Counted from the stretch's first letter, positions 18,840-29,431 are shown. The stretch: DNA of 64,000 nt from Gemmatimonadaceae bacterium (GCA_045803545.1 JBJMOW010000004.1:896001-960000); one strand, 5' to 3'. A program made the numbers and translations. The notes: generated by a model not told the origin, from the sequence alone.

Positions 18840-19797
18840 ATTCGACGACCTTTTCCAACCCGGGGAAGTTGATTCGCTGGACGATGTCGCTTGGACGATG
18901 ATAGTCGGAGTGATAGTCCGTGAACAATCCGAGCACCGGTATGTGAACTCGCGCGAAGGAAGCCTGGTCGGACACTTCGCGAGATCCGTCCAGCCATTGG
19001 TGATGGAGAAGCAAAGCGGGTGGCAGATGCTCGACACTGTCAACCAGAACTCCAATCCGGTGGTGCTGTTCGCCACTGAAGAAAAGCAGCTTGTCGTCGC
19101 GCAGCCGCCCGACCATGTCGAGATTCACCATCGTCACGATTGAATCACGTGCGACCGGCAAGTTATCCACGAAAAACTGAGACCCGATCAGGCCGAGCTC
19201 CTCAGCGCTGAAGTTTAGAAACAAGATGGAGCGCCGCGCCGGATGCTCGGCGAATCTCCGCGCCAGCTCGAGGACTGCCGCTGTTCCGGAGCCGTTGTCG
19301 TCAGCGCCCGGATGCATGAAGTGATACTGGCCTGCATCGCGCGAGTACGTGCTCGATCTGCCGAGGTGGTCGTAGTGCGCCCCAACTACGACGTACTCTC
19401 CTCGCAACAGAGCGTCAGTGCCCAGGACGAGCGCGCCGACATTCTGGGATTTGTCGTCGATTGTGACATCGATCGAATGCGCCAGAAACGGCGACACTCG
19501 AAAGAACTGAAAGAAGCTGTTCTGGCATGTGTCATTGCCGCATGACGTGCCGTTGAAGACGCCGATCAGCGCGAGGGTGTGATATCGTCGCGCAATGAAC
19601 GCGGCCGCGGTATCATTGCCCGGTGTTCCAGTCAGGCGACCGGTAAGCGCTTGGCTGGATAGGTACCCGATGTCGTCGTGAAGGCGCGATTGAACCGGAT
19701 CAAGCGGGTCGAGACGCGGTTGACTAACCGCGCAGCCAAGCACCACGCTTAGGAGTGCGGCGCTCGCGAGTCGCCGAACAACGCCAGGAGACATCAC
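18778..19797 (-). CDS. M28 family metallopeptidase, lipoprotein
   Basis: GAHYDH, GADDNGSG, SAEELG, NLDM and YH motifs; VLGC lipobox. Confidence 0.88.
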   Translation of the reverse strand: MMSPGVVRRLASAALLSVVLGCAVSQPRLDPLDPVQSRLHDDIGYLSSQALTGRLTGTPGNDTAAAFIARRYHTLALIGVFNGTSCGNDTCQNSFFQFFRVSPFLAHSIDVTIDDKSQNVGALVLGTDALLRGEYVVVGAHYDHLGRSSTYSRDAGQYHFMHPGADDNGSGTAAVLELARRFAEHPARRSILFLNFSAEELGLIGSQFFVDNLPVARDSIVTMVNLDMVGRLRDDKLLFFSGEQHHRIGVLVDSVEHLPPALLLHHQWLDGSREVSDQASFARVHIPVLGLFTDYHSDYHRPSDIVQRINFPGLEKVVEFTERFVRAVGDGRDRPARRD

Positions 19798-19801
19798 CGT
19801 T

Positions 19802-20530
19802 TCAAATTGTTCCGGCGAGGTAACGCTTTCGCGTTGATTCCGGATGTCGCTCGATCGCGTACCGAAGCGCGGTGCGTGGCATCATTCGGTAATGCTTGGC
19901 CAGGAACGCATCCAGAACGTCGCGGTCTTTCTTGCCGACCTCGCGCAGCATCCAGCCAACCGCTTTGTGAATCAGATCGTGCTTGTCGGCCAGCAACATT
20001 TTCGAGATCCGCTGCGTTGGCTCGAGCTCGCCCCGCTTGATGAAATGGAACGTGGCGACGATCGCAATCCGTCGTTCCCACAGCTCCTTTGATCGGGCCA
20101 GCTTCTCAAGTAGCGCGATCTCTTTGGCCTCGAGATGCCCGCCGACTACCTGGCTCGCCGACATGTCGACGAGGTCCCAGTTGTTGACCCGCCGCGTATT
20201 GGCGAGATACGCGCGATGAATCTTTCGGCGCCCAGCATCGTCGCCACGTTGATAGGCATCGACAAGAAGCAGCAACGCGACCAGCCGTTCCTCGTGCCAC
20301 TCGGACTGCAGCAGCTCCAGCACCTCGTCGTGACCTAAGTCCCTGTGCCGCTTGGCGATCGCTCGCATCTCCGGCACCGTCAGCCCCAGAAATTTGTCGC
20401 CCTCACCGTAGTCGCCGGGCCCGGTTCGGAAGAACCGCAGCGAATGTTTGGCGCGTTCGGGGCTACCTAACGCACGGATTTCCCGACGCACCGCCGCCAA
20501 ACTCGTCTGGGATTTTTCTTTGATCGCCAT
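19802..20530 (-). CDS. DNA alkylation repair protein (AlkD-like HEAT-repeat)
   Basis: GEGDKFLG, NNWDLVD, LWERR, DLIHKAVGWMLRE; ATG at 20530. Confidence 0.88.
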   Translation of the reverse strand: MAIKEKSQTSLAAVRREIRALGSPERAKHSLRFFRTGPGDYGEGDKFLGLTVPEMRAIAKRHRDLGHDEVLELLQSEWHEERLVALLLLVDAYQRGDDAGRRKIHRAYLANTRRVNNWDLVDMSASQVVGGHLEAKEIALLEKLARSKELWERRIAIVATFHFIKRGELEPTQRISKMLLADKHDLIHKAVGWMLREVGKKDRDVLDAFLAKHYRMMPRTALRYAIERHPESTRKRYLAGTI

Positions 20531-20538
20531 GACTTCGT

Positions 20539-20547
20539 TGCTATAAT
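20539..20547 (+). promoter_or_regulatory. Extended -10 promoter (TGcTATAAT) of amtB, probably leaderless mRNA
   Basis: Perfect TGnTATAAT 8 nt before ATG 20556; no SD. Confidence 0.7.
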
Positions 20548-20555
20548 GTCCGCCC

Positions 20556-21809
20556 ATGCCGACTACCGTGAGTTCGTCCGATACCGCATGGATGCTGATC
20601 GCCACCGCACTCGTGCTGGTGATGACCCCCGCCCTCGGATTCTTCTACGGCGGAATGGTCCGCGCAAAAAATGCTCTAAATACCATGATGATGTCATACG
20701 TCGCCCTCGGCTTCGTCGGCATCGCCTGGGCACTCCTTGGCTATTCGCTCGCGTTCGCGGACGGCGGCGGATTCCTCGGTGATCTCAGATTCGCGTTCCT
20801 TCGTAATGTCGGCCTCGATGCAAAAGGAACGATCCCTCACATCCTCTTCGCATCGTATCAGGGAACCTTCGCGGTGATCACCGCGGCGCTGATCTCGGGC
20901 GCCATCGTCGAGCGCATGCGCTTCGGACCGTACCTCACCTTCATTACGCTTTGGTGCATCGGCGTCTACGCTCCGATCGCACACTGGGTATGGGGCGGAG
21001 GATGGCTGGGCAAGCTGGGCGCCCTCGATTTCGCCGGTGGAACAGTCGTCCACATCAATGCCGCCGCCGCCGCTCTCGTCGGTGCAATCGTGCTCGGCCG
21101 TCGGAAGGATTACATGCGGCAGGCGATCATCCCGCAGAATGTGCCTTTCACCCTTCTCGGCACCGGTGTGCTGTGGCTCGGTTGGTTCGGCTTCAACGCT
21201 GGTAGCGCCTTGGCGGCGAATCCGGTTGCAGCGCTCGCATTCGGCAACACCATGTTCGCGCCGATGGCGACGCTCGTAGTTTGGAGCCTGCTCGATTTGA
21301 CGCGCACCGGCAAGACGACCGCGGTGGGAGCAGCAACCGCGATTGTCGTAGGCCTGGTGGCCATCACGCCGGCCGCTGGTTTCATCAGCCCGCTTTCATC
21401 GATCATACTTGGTGCGATCGCTGCGCCGGCGAGTTACTTCGCGATTCTCTACAGATCGACCACCAGGCTCGACGACTCACTTGACGTCGTTGCTGCTCAC
21501 GGTGTTGGCGGCACAGTCGGCGCGCTGCTCACTGGAATTCTCGCGCAAAAGAGTTGGAACGGAGTTGCCGACGGTGCGCTATTCGGAAACCCGAAACAGC
21601 TCGGCATCCAGGTGGCAGCGATTCTCGCGACCATCGCGTACAGTACCGTCGCGACCTATGTGATCATCAAGGCGATCGGCTTCGGGTTCAGCTTGCGCGC
21701 GAGCGCGAAAGAAGAAGGGATCGGACTCGACGTCACCCAGCACGGTGAAGAGGCCTATAGCAGAGGCGAAGGCGCGATCCTCATTCCCGCCGACGGAGCA
21801 CAGATATGA
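20556..21809 (+). CDS. amtB: Ammonium transporter
   Basis: DFAGGTVVH, WFGFNAGS and DDSLDV..HG twin-His motifs. Confidence 0.96.
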   Translation: MPTTVSSSDTAWMLIATALVLVMTPALGFFYGGMVRAKNALNTMMMSYVALGFVGIAWALLGYSLAFADGGGFLGDLRFAFLRNVGLDAKGTIPHILFASYQGTFAVITAALISGAIVERMRFGPYLTFITLWCIGVYAPIAHWVWGGGWLGKLGALDFAGGTVVHINAAAAALVGAIVLGRRKDYMRQAIIPQNVPFTLLGTGVLWLGWFGFNAGSALAANPVAALAFGNTMFAPMATLVVWSLLDLTRTGKTTAVGAATAIVVGLVAITPAAGFISPLSSIILGAIAAPASYFAILYRSTTRLDDSLDVVAAHGVGGTVGALLTGILAQKSWNGVADGALFGNPKQLGIQVAAILATIAYSTVATYVIIKAIGFGFSLRASAKEEGIGLDVTQHGEEAYSRGEGAILIPADGAQI

Positions 21810-22174
21810 AGCTTGTCGTAGCGATCGTTCGACCCGAGAAACTCAACGACGTCCTCGAGGGGTTGTACCGCGCCGAGGTGCGGGGACTCACGATCAGCAG
21901 AGTGCGTGGCCACGGCGGTGAGACCGAGCAGGTCGAGACCTACCGCGGCACCACGGTGAAGGTCGAATTGCATGACAAGGTGCGGATCGAGATCGGAGTC
22001 TCGGACAACTTCGTTAAGGCGACGGTCGACGCGATCCTTTCCGGTGGCCGCACCGGCGAGGTCGGCGATGGCAAGATTTTCGTTCTGCCGGTCGAAAAGG
22101 TTTACCGGATTCGAACCGGGGAAGAGGATCGTGCCGCCGTCACGCCGATCGATGGGGAGCCAGTGACCGGGTAG
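21806..22174 (+). CDS. glnK: P-II nitrogen regulatory protein
   Basis: T-loop YRG, TGEVGDGKIF, RIRTGE; ATGA-coupled to amtB. Confidence 0.9.
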   Translation: MKLVVAIVRPEKLNDVLEGLYRAEVRGLTISRVRGHGGETEQVETYRGTTVKVELHDKVRIEIGVSDNFVKATVDAILSGGRTGEVGDGKIFVLPVEKVYRIRTGEEDRAAVTPIDGEPVTG

Positions 22175-23800
22175 TTAGCGGACTTGAAACACGCATAGCC
22201 CGTGAGCTGGGATCGTCGTTAGCGCGACAACGTTCTTCGCCTCAACATGCGCAGGTCCGCATCCGACCGTGTTGCCGTACACCAACTCCAATGGTCGTGG
22301 CAAGAGCTCGGTTACTGATACGGTCAAGCTGGTCATCGCGTCTTCGCCAAAGTTGACGACGACAAGCATTGTTTCCGCTCCTGCACGGCGAATGAAAGCT
22401 GCAGCTCGGGAATCATTCGTCGACCCAATGATCATTCGTCCTCGCGACAGAGCGAGATGCGCGTTCCGGAGATGAATCAATCTCCGATAGTAGTTGAGTA
22501 ACGAGCCGTCGTCTCCATCTTGCCCGGCGACGTTCTTCGATTGCCAATCCGCTTGCAATGCTTCCCAGGGCGCGCCCGCGGAAAATCCTGCGTTTGACTC
22601 CGCGCTCCACTGCATCGGCGTGCGAATCTGCTCGTCCGGCTTGTCGCCGATCATCCCGATCTCTTCGCCGTAGTACACGAACGGCGTGCCCGGCAGCATC
22701 AGCATTGCGCTTGCTGCGGCCCGGGCCTTCGCGAGATCACCCCGCACAGTGGTCATGACGCGCGTCTGGTCGTGATTGCTGAGAAACGGCGCCCAACGCC
22801 CTTCGGGCAGCGCGTTCGCGCGCGTGATTTCGCGCACAAAGGCCGCAGCGTTGCCTGTTCTCGCTGACTCCAGCGTTCCCGTCGCGACTCCGAACTCGAA
22901 ATACGAATCGAGCTGGTCGGGATAGTAGGATGGAAGCGCGGGCATATCCGACTCTTCTCCAACGGTGAACGACTGCGGCGCCGCCGCGCGAATCGCTGAC
23001 CCGAAACGACGCAGTACTTCATGCGTCCCGCGCGAATGCATCAGCACATTTCCGTCTTCGACGAGATAGGGAATCGCGTCGAAACGCAGTCCGTCAGCTT
23101 GCATCGTAGTCACCCAGTACTTCGTGACGTTGACCATTTCGTCGAGCACGGCCGGATTTTCGTAATTCCAATCGGGCATCTCGTGCCAGAATACGCCGTA
23201 ATAGTATTCGTCGCTCAGCGGCGACTTGTGCCACGCACGTTGTCCCCACGGTCCCGGCTGCTTCGGATCGGTGCTCGAGAACCGGTACCAGCTCCGGTAC
23301 TGACTCGCCGCATCCTTGAGCGCCGCCTGAAAGAACGGATGATCGATCGAAGAGTGATTCGGCACGAAGTCCACGATCACGTGAATGCCGCGTCGATGCG
23401 CCTCTCGCACCAGCGCGCGAAAATCGTCGTCGCTGCCGTAGTGCGCGTCGACGTGGTAATAATCGTTGACGTCGTACCCGTGATAGCTTTTCGCCTTCGC
23501 AATCGGCATCAGCCAAATGCAATTCGCGCCGAGGCTCCTGGTACTTCGTGGATTTCCGTCGTTGATGTAGTCGAGTCGGGCAGTGAGTCCGCGCAGATCA
23601 CCGACCCCGTCGCCGTCGGAATCGTAGAAGGAGCGGACGAACACCTCGTAGCAAACCCCGTCGCGCCACCATTGAGTTTGTCTGGACCCGACGCTACTCG
23701 CAGACGTTGAAACCGCGGCTGAGCACGCATCCATCGCCAGCATCGCAATCACGCTCAGCGACGCCACCCGGGTAAAGCTCACTTGGGAACCGGACGCCAC
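22175..23800 (-). CDS. GH13 alpha-amylase family protein, exported
   Basis: YHGYD, DFVPNH, DGLRFDA, VGE and SNHD conserved regions. Confidence 0.92.
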   Translation of the reverse strand: MASGSQVSFTRVASLSVIAMLAMDACSAAVSTSASSVGSRQTQWWRDGVCYEVFVRSFYDSDGDGVGDLRGLTARLDYINDGNPRSTRSLGANCIWLMPIAKAKSYHGYDVNDYYHVDAHYGSDDDFRALVREAHRRGIHVIVDFVPNHSSIDHPFFQAALKDAASQYRSWYRFSSTDPKQPGPWGQRAWHKSPLSDEYYYGVFWHEMPDWNYENPAVLDEMVNVTKYWVTTMQADGLRFDAIPYLVEDGNVLMHSRGTHEVLRRFGSAIRAAAPQSFTVGEESDMPALPSYYPDQLDSYFEFGVATGTLESARTGNAAAFVREITRANALPEGRWAPFLSNHDQTRVMTTVRGDLAKARAAASAMLMLPGTPFVYYGEEIGMIGDKPDEQIRTPMQWSAESNAGFSAGAPWEALQADWQSKNVAGQDGDDGSLLNYYRRLIHLRNAHLALSRGRMIIGSTNDSRAAAFIRRAGAETMLVVVNFGEDAMTSLTVSVTELLPRPLELVYGNTVGCGPAHVEAKNVVALTTIPAHGLCVFQVR

Positions 23801-24240
23801 TCAGTCGACGATAGCCGGCTCGCTACAACGGGACCACCGTCCGCTGCTTTTCCTTCGATCTCGATCAGCAGCACGGTATTTGGCGTCGATCGGACGGCGT
23901 CGATAAGTGCCGGCGTGATCGTCGTCAGCGGAATCTTGGCGCGCCGATTCCATTCGGTGTCGTGCTGCCCCGCACTCCGACCCGAGTTCACATAGACGAA
24001 CCGGTCCTCAGCCGGACCCTGAGTGAACTCGCCGAGGAATCGCGGCCGCGCGCCCAGCTTGTCCGGCGCCACCCGGGCCGTAAAATCGAACGAGATCGAC
24101 GTCGGATCGATGCGAGTCGGTGGCACCAGTTCTGGATGACCCATCGCGCCCGATTTCCCTTTCTGCAGCGCGAACCTTACGCCGGGCGGCACGCGATACA
24201 GCGTGATCCGTAACCCGATCTCCACCTCGTTCCTTTTCAT
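23779..24240 (-). CDS. DUF5990-like hypothetical protein
   Basis: GEFTQGP..DRFVY, RRAKIPL, DGGP; ATGA overlap with the GH130 gene. Confidence 0.7.
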   Translation of the reverse strand: MKRNEVEIGLRITLYRVPPGVRFALQKGKSGAMGHPELVPPTRIDPTSISFDFTARVAPDKLGARPRFLGEFTQGPAEDRFVYVNSGRSAGQHDTEWNRRAKIPLTTITPALIDAVRSTPNTVLLIEIEGKAADGGPVVASRLSSTEWRPVPK

Positions 24241-25343
24241 TTCGGCGGAGTCCACACCGCGACGCCCACCCGCGAGTCAGCGGTGCCGTAGTACAGGAAC
24301 CACTTTCCCTTGAACGGAATCATTGCTTCCGTAAAGGTCGTTCCTTCCTTGTATTGCCCCGTTTTCTCGTAAGGCTCGGTCGGTCGGATGAATGGCGCTT
24401 CCGATCGCGCAATCAGCTTGATCGGATTGTTCGGGTCGAACAGCGCCTGGCCGCCAGTGTAGACCCGCTCCGGCAGGCCCGCTTGCCCGAATCGCCCGCT
24501 GTTGCCGGCGTTGTAAACGAGAACGATTCCGCGATCGGTGAGAATCGCCGGCGGCCCGGCCTCCACCAGCCACGAATCGAAGTAACCGGGCCGCGCCGAC
24601 AAAACCTTTAACACCTTTCCGTCCGAATCCGCGAGCGGCGTCCAGTTGATCAAATCGTCCGACGTGGCGAGCATGATGTCCGGGACGTTGAAGTACATCC
24701 AGTACTTGCCGTTGATCTTCGTGGCGATGAGATGATCGCCCTGCAGCCGCGTTACGATCGATCCCGACTTCGTCTCCATCCGCGTGTACTTCCCACTCTC
24801 GGCGCGCGCGAACGCCGGCCCATGCTTCGTCCAGCTCACGAGGTCGCGTGACGTCGCCACCGCCAATCGCGGCACGTCGCGATTCCATTGGGTGTACGTC
24901 ATCACGTAGCGGCCGTCGTCGGTCTCCACAATCCGCGGATCTTCGACGCCTCCCGTCCACTCATACCGCGCCTGGTCATCCTTGTCCGGATACAGCACCG
25001 GCGCCGCTCCCCGCGTGAAATTCAACCCATCGCTGCTCTCGGCGAGCCCGATCCGCGAAGTGTGAAAGCCAATCTCCTCCCGCCCACTCGCATCCTCGGC
25101 GCGATACAGAACGTAGACTTTTCCGTTTCGCACCACCGCCGCCGGATTAAACGTCGCCAGCTGCTCCCAATGCACGACGCTGTCGCCCATTGGTGATCGG
25201 AACGTCGACGAAGCATTCGGCGCAATGATCGGATTGACCGCCGCCGGTTTCTCAAACGGTCCAAAGGTCCACCCGAGCGATTGCCCGCCAGCGGACACCG
25301 GCAGAATGAGCAAGAAAACCGCAACCGACCCTCTCAAGTCCAT
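24237..25343 (-). CDS. GH130 beta-mannoside hydrolase/phosphorylase, secreted
   Basis: FNPAA, YRAED, EDPRI, YMTYT-like, EAGPP and YYGTADS motifs; signal peptide. Confidence 0.88.
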   Translation of the reverse strand: MDLRGSVAVFLLILPVSAGGQSLGWTFGPFEKPAAVNPIIAPNASSTFRSPMGDSVVHWEQLATFNPAAVVRNGKVYVLYRAEDASGREEIGFHTSRIGLAESSDGLNFTRGAAPVLYPDKDDQARYEWTGGVEDPRIVETDDGRYVMTYTQWNRDVPRLAVATSRDLVSWTKHGPAFARAESGKYTRMETKSGSIVTRLQGDHLIATKINGKYWMYFNVPDIMLATSDDLINWTPLADSDGKVLKVLSARPGYFDSWLVEAGPPAILTDRGIVLVYNAGNSGRFGQAGLPERVYTGGQALFDPNNPIKLIARSEAPFIRPTEPYEKTGQYKEGTTFTEAMIPFKGKWFLYYGTADSRVGVAVWTPPK

Positions 25344-25362
25344 AGAAGACCTCCATATGCCA

Positions 25363-25425
25363 CCTCATCCCTCACCCCTCATCCCGCCACCGGCCTCCCG
25401 CCTCCCGCCTCCCGCCTGCCGCTCG
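25363..25425. repeat. Nine tandem heptamers (cctcatc then ccgcctc types)
   Basis: cctcatc cctcacc cctcatc ccgccac cggcctc ccgcctc ccgcctc ccgcctg ccgctcg. Confidence 0.85.
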
Positions 25426-25515
25426 TGACCCTTCTGCCGCTCATTCGTTACCGGTGTGAGGGGCTCCGGCGCTGCGTCGGGCTTCGACCATCCTGAATCC
25501 GACGAGGATCTGCTC

Positions 25516-26235
25516 GTGCGTTATTCCCTGATACTTCTAGCGCTCGCGGCTGTCACTGCCGCTTGCTCACAGCAACAAAAACCAGCTCCGCCACCGACCA
25601 TCAAAGTCGTGCGCGAAACCGTCACCGTAAAGGATGGGGACGCTGAAAAGCGCGCTGCCCGTCTCGAGCTCCAGATGATGGCGCGCGACGCACAGATCGA
25701 GGATCTGCAGACGCGCCTCGACGACACCCGCGCCGAAGTTGTCCGCGCGATGGCCAAACTGCAGAGCGTTGCCAGTCGCGCTCAGGCAGCGTCGGCGATG
25801 GCCGAAGCCGAGGTCTCGCTGCAAACCATGAGGAACAGCGCCTCCGGGGATGCACCGCCGGAAGTCAACCAAGTCACCCGTCTCGTCAGACAGAGCTCGA
25901 CCGAATTCGATAAACAGAACTACGGCGGTGCGCTTTACCTCGCCAATCAGGCCAAGACCGTCGCTTCAGGTTATCGGGGCCGACTCGCAATGAACCGGGG
26001 TGAGGCCAGACCGGGCGAAACCCTGTTCGCAGTTCCGATCAAGCTCAAAGCGTCAACGAAAGGAAATGTTCGTGAAGGACCAGGCACCAATTTCCCCGTC
26101 GCGTTCTCGACAGATGCAGGAAGTGGCCTAACTGCTTATTCCTACGCCGATGAATGGATCAGGATTAGCGACGACAGTGGCAAGAATGGGTGGATTCACC
26201 GCACGCTGGTCAGCCGGCCTGACAGTACGAACTAA
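25516..26235 (+). CDS. Lipoprotein with coiled coil and C-terminal SH3b domain
   Basis: TAAC lipobox after GTG 25516; NVREGPGT...WIRI...GWI. Confidence 0.78.
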   Translation: MRYSLILLALAAVTAACSQQQKPAPPPTIKVVRETVTVKDGDAEKRAARLELQMMARDAQIEDLQTRLDDTRAEVVRAMAKLQSVASRAQAASAMAEAEVSLQTMRNSASGDAPPEVNQVTRLVRQSSTEFDKQNYGGALYLANQAKTVASGYRGRLAMNRGEARPGETLFAVPIKLKASTKGNVREGPGTNFPVAFSTDAGSGLTAYSYADEWIRISDDSGKNGWIHRTLVSRPDSTN

Positions 26236-26239
26236 CTGA

Positions 26240-27976
26240 TCAGCCGGTCTTAGCCAGTCTTCGGGCGCGTACCGTACGGTCGCGCCCTTCTCTTTTCGCC
26301 TGGTACAGCGCTTCGTCGGCTACGGCGATGATTGCTTCTGCATCGTCCGCGTCATCAGGGAAAGTGGCAACCCCGATGCTCAGCGTCATCTTGCGGCCAT
26401 TGAATTTCTTCGCCGCAACACGCGCACGAATGTGCTCGGCGGTGTCCATTGCATCGGCGACTGCGGTGTCGGGCAGCACGATCACGAACTCTTCACCACC
26501 GTAGCGCGCGCAACAATCCGTCTTGCGGGTTGAATCACGCATGACCTCGGCGATCATCTGCAGTACTTCGTCGCCCGCGGGATGCCCGAACGCGTCGTTG
26601 TATTGCTTGAAGTGGTCGACGTCGCCAACCAGGACCGAGAAGCCCTTGCGTTCCTTTCGGAATCGCGCGACTTCGTCATCGAGACGCTTCATCAGCGAGC
26701 GATGATTCGACAGACCAGTAAGGCTGTCCGTCGTCGACAACAGCTCCAGCTCTTCGTTCTTCTTGCGCAGCGTCTCGTTGATGCGATCGAGCTCGGCGCG
26801 CCCGTCACGGAGACGGTACACCATGTGATTGAAGACGTCCGTCAGATAGCCGACTTCTCCACCGCCAGGTGCTGCCGGCAGGTCGACGGTCAGGTCGCCC
26901 GCTGCAACTTCGCCCGCCGCCTTCGTGAGTCGATCCAACGGCCGCGCGATCAGCATGCCCAGTCGATACGCGCTGAAGGTCACCGCGATCAGCAGGAACA
27001 CGATGACGCCGAGTGCGACGTCCCGGAATCGGCGGACCTGTAGGTAAGCGGCTTCAGCCGACTGCTCGGCGATTACCGCCCAGTTTACTTGGGGCACATA
27101 CTCGAGCGTACCGATGACATCGCGATCGCGGAAGCTGTTGTACTCGAACGGAGCTCGCGCGCGTTCGCGAAGCTTCTTCATTGTTGGCGGCGGCATCGGA
27201 CTCTTGATCAGTGCCTCGGTGACACCGTCGGAGCTGGCGATGATTGATCCGCGCGTATTTACGAGATGAATTGCGCCCGCGCTGTCCGGCGCAAAGGAGC
27301 GCAGAAGGAGCTGCACGGGAGCGAGATTGAGCTCCGCTGCAAAGGCGCCGAGCAATCGTCCGTCGGCGCGCTGAGCGGGAACCGCCACTATCAGCTTCGC
27401 CCGCTTCGCAACCGGATCCCAGTATGGTTGGCCGACGATCTGGTTGTCGGCTTTTAACGTTTGCTGCCAGTCAGCGGGGAGCGGAACCTTGGCGACGTCG
27501 GGTGAGCTGGTGGCGATGACGTTTCCGTCGAGATCGACCACCATCAGCTTCTCGAAGTCGCTGAAGCGCTCGTGCAGGGAAACGAGGTAGTCGTGCAGTC
27601 TGCTCCCACCGGGCGTGACGGTGATGCGGCCGCCACGATCGAGGGTGATGACGACTTCGTCGGAGCCGGCGAAGACGCGCAGATCGTAAAGTCTCTCTCT
27701 CAGCCAGACGCCCGTCGCGCGCGCACTCTGCGCGCTGCCGGAGAGAAGATCTTCGTTGATTTTCTTTTCGAGAGCTCGGCGGTTCTGAGTATAGAAGACG
27801 CCAAGCATGGTGCCCGCAGGAAGCAGCGCCGCGGCAACGGCAAATGCGAGAATGCGGCTGCGGAGACTCTCGAACTTGGGGAAGGGAACGGGAAACTTCG
27901 CCCGCGCGCGCGGGGTTATTTGCGACGCTGGCTTGGCGGCGTTAATCGTTCCTGGCTCGGCTGTAGTTGCGGGCAT
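26240..27976 (-). CDS. Diguanylate cyclase (Cache-HAMP-GGDEF)
   Basis: Two TMs flanking a periplasmic domain, HAMP, DSLTGL, RYGGEEF, RxxD site (RKTD). Confidence 0.92.
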   Translation of the reverse strand: MPATTAEPGTINAAKPASQITPRARAKFPVPFPKFESLRSRILAFAVAAALLPAGTMLGVFYTQNRRALEKKINEDLLSGSAQSARATGVWLRERLYDLRVFAGSDEVVITLDRGGRITVTPGGSRLHDYLVSLHERFSDFEKLMVVDLDGNVIATSSPDVAKVPLPADWQQTLKADNQIVGQPYWDPVAKRAKLIVAVPAQRADGRLLGAFAAELNLAPVQLLLRSFAPDSAGAIHLVNTRGSIIASSDGVTEALIKSPMPPPTMKKLRERARAPFEYNSFRDRDVIGTLEYVPQVNWAVIAEQSAEAAYLQVRRFRDVALGVIVFLLIAVTFSAYRLGMLIARPLDRLTKAAGEVAAGDLTVDLPAAPGGGEVGYLTDVFNHMVYRLRDGRAELDRINETLRKKNEELELLSTTDSLTGLSNHRSLMKRLDDEVARFRKERKGFSVLVGDVDHFKQYNDAFGHPAGDEVLQMIAEVMRDSTRKTDCCARYGGEEFVIVLPDTAVADAMDTAEHIRARVAAKKFNGRKMTLSIGVATFPDDADDAEAIIAVADEALYQAKREGRDRTVRARRLAKTG

Positions 27977-28222
27977 CGTTTATAGACGATTCATAGCCCA
28001 CTGAGCTACCTGCTATTCACTCGGAACAAGAACAGAAGAAAATGTTACGTGACGTGAAGCACCCCGACGCCAGTATCCAAACACTTGTCGTCGATTTTGG
28101 GCACAAATGTGCTCCTTAACCCCACGATTGAGACGCAATGTAAACCGCTGTGGTAGCTGAGCTTACGGCCACCGCTCAAAGCTTCCCGACTCGCAGGCGG
28201 GCCAAGTAACGACAGCGATAGC

Positions 28223-29425
28223 CTAGCGATCGAAAATAAATGTGTGCTGATATCGGTGGTATTCGCCGGTCACCCGGGCAGATATCATCTGCGCCGCCAC
28301 GCAGCCGAAGGGTATTCCGTTCGCCCCGTAAGCAAGTGCGAAAAGCAGCCGGTCATCCATATCAGGGTGGACCCCGACGAACGGCAGACTGTCCTTCGTC
28401 TCGCCGAATGTCCCCGCCCAGGCAACCGCGATTTCCATTTCGATTCGCGGAAAATATCGACGCGCCTTGAGCAGAAGTCGCCGTGCCTTCGCTCTCACTC
28501 GGCGATCTCGTTCCCTGGGATTGCGAAATGGATCGTCGAGTCCACCCGCCATGAGGCGGTTGTCCTGCGTCGTTCTCATGTAGAGATAGGGACGCGCCGA
28601 CTCCCAGATGAGACTCCTGCCCGGCCAATCGCTGAAGGCCGCCACCGGTTCCGTCGCAATCGCATAAGTGCTGTGCAGTTTCGCGACGCGCTGTGGCAGG
28701 AATTGCTCCGCCTCGTAACCACTCGCGATCACCACATGCGATGTGCGCAGCTTTCCACGATCAGTTATTACCTCAACGTGTCTGGACGAAGGGGTGATCC
28801 TTCGAACACGGGTTCGTCCGTAAATGCGCGCGCCTCTGTTCCGCGATCGCTCCAGCAGCGCGTGCGTCAATCGCCACGGGTCAACCTCGGCGCCTGCAGT
28901 ACTGCGCAGCGCCAGCGGCGCGTCGAAGTCGACCATCTCGCGCAAGTCGGCCTTCGTGAGTACCTCGCACGGCAAACCGACTGCGCGTCTCGCTTTACAC
29001 TCCTCCGCGAAGCTCCGGGCGTCTTTCTTCGACGAAGCGATGTATAGCGTCGGTCGCGAGTGAAATCCGACGTCAACGGGAAGTGAATGAGAGATGCGTT
29101 TGGTCGCACGCACTCCAGCCAGCGCGGCACGATAAGCGTCAGTGGCGCGACGCTCGCCGACTTTGTGAGCGAGCTCGATCAACGGGACATCGAGCTCGTA
29201 CTGAAGGAGCGCAGTTGTCGCCGATGTAGACCCCAACCCCGGCTGTCGCTTGTCGACTACGATGACCGACGCCCCCGCTTCGGTCAGCGCGTCGGCGCAC
29301 AGCGCCCCAGTGATGCCAGCGCCGACAACCACAACGTCGCAGCGCGAATTCCCATGAAGTGGCGGTGATACATCTCCCAATCCGTTTTGCAGCAGCCAGA
29401 AAGGCTGTGGCGACAATAAATCCAA
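28223..29425 (-). CDS. FAD-dependent oxidoreductase (DadA/PuuB-like)
   Basis: VVGAGITG, GSTSATTALLQYE, YGANG; TTG start. Confidence 0.85.
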   Translation of the reverse strand: MDLLSPQPFWLLQNGLGDVSPPLHGNSRCDVVVVGAGITGALCADALTEAGASVIVVDKRQPGLGSTSATTALLQYELDVPLIELAHKVGERRATDAYRAALAGVRATKRISHSLPVDVGFHSRPTLYIASSKKDARSFAEECKARRAVGLPCEVLTKADLREMVDFDAPLALRSTAGAEVDPWRLTHALLERSRNRGARIYGRTRVRRITPSSRHVEVITDRGKLRTSHVVIASGYEAEQFLPQRVAKLHSTYAIATEPVAAFSDWPGRSLIWESARPYLYMRTTQDNRLMAGGLDDPFRNPRERDRRVRAKARRLLLKARRYFPRIEMEIAVAWAGTFGETKDSLPFVGVHPDMDDRLLFALAYGANGIPFGCVAAQMISARVTGEYHRYQHTFIFDR

Positions 29426-29431
29426 GCCGGG

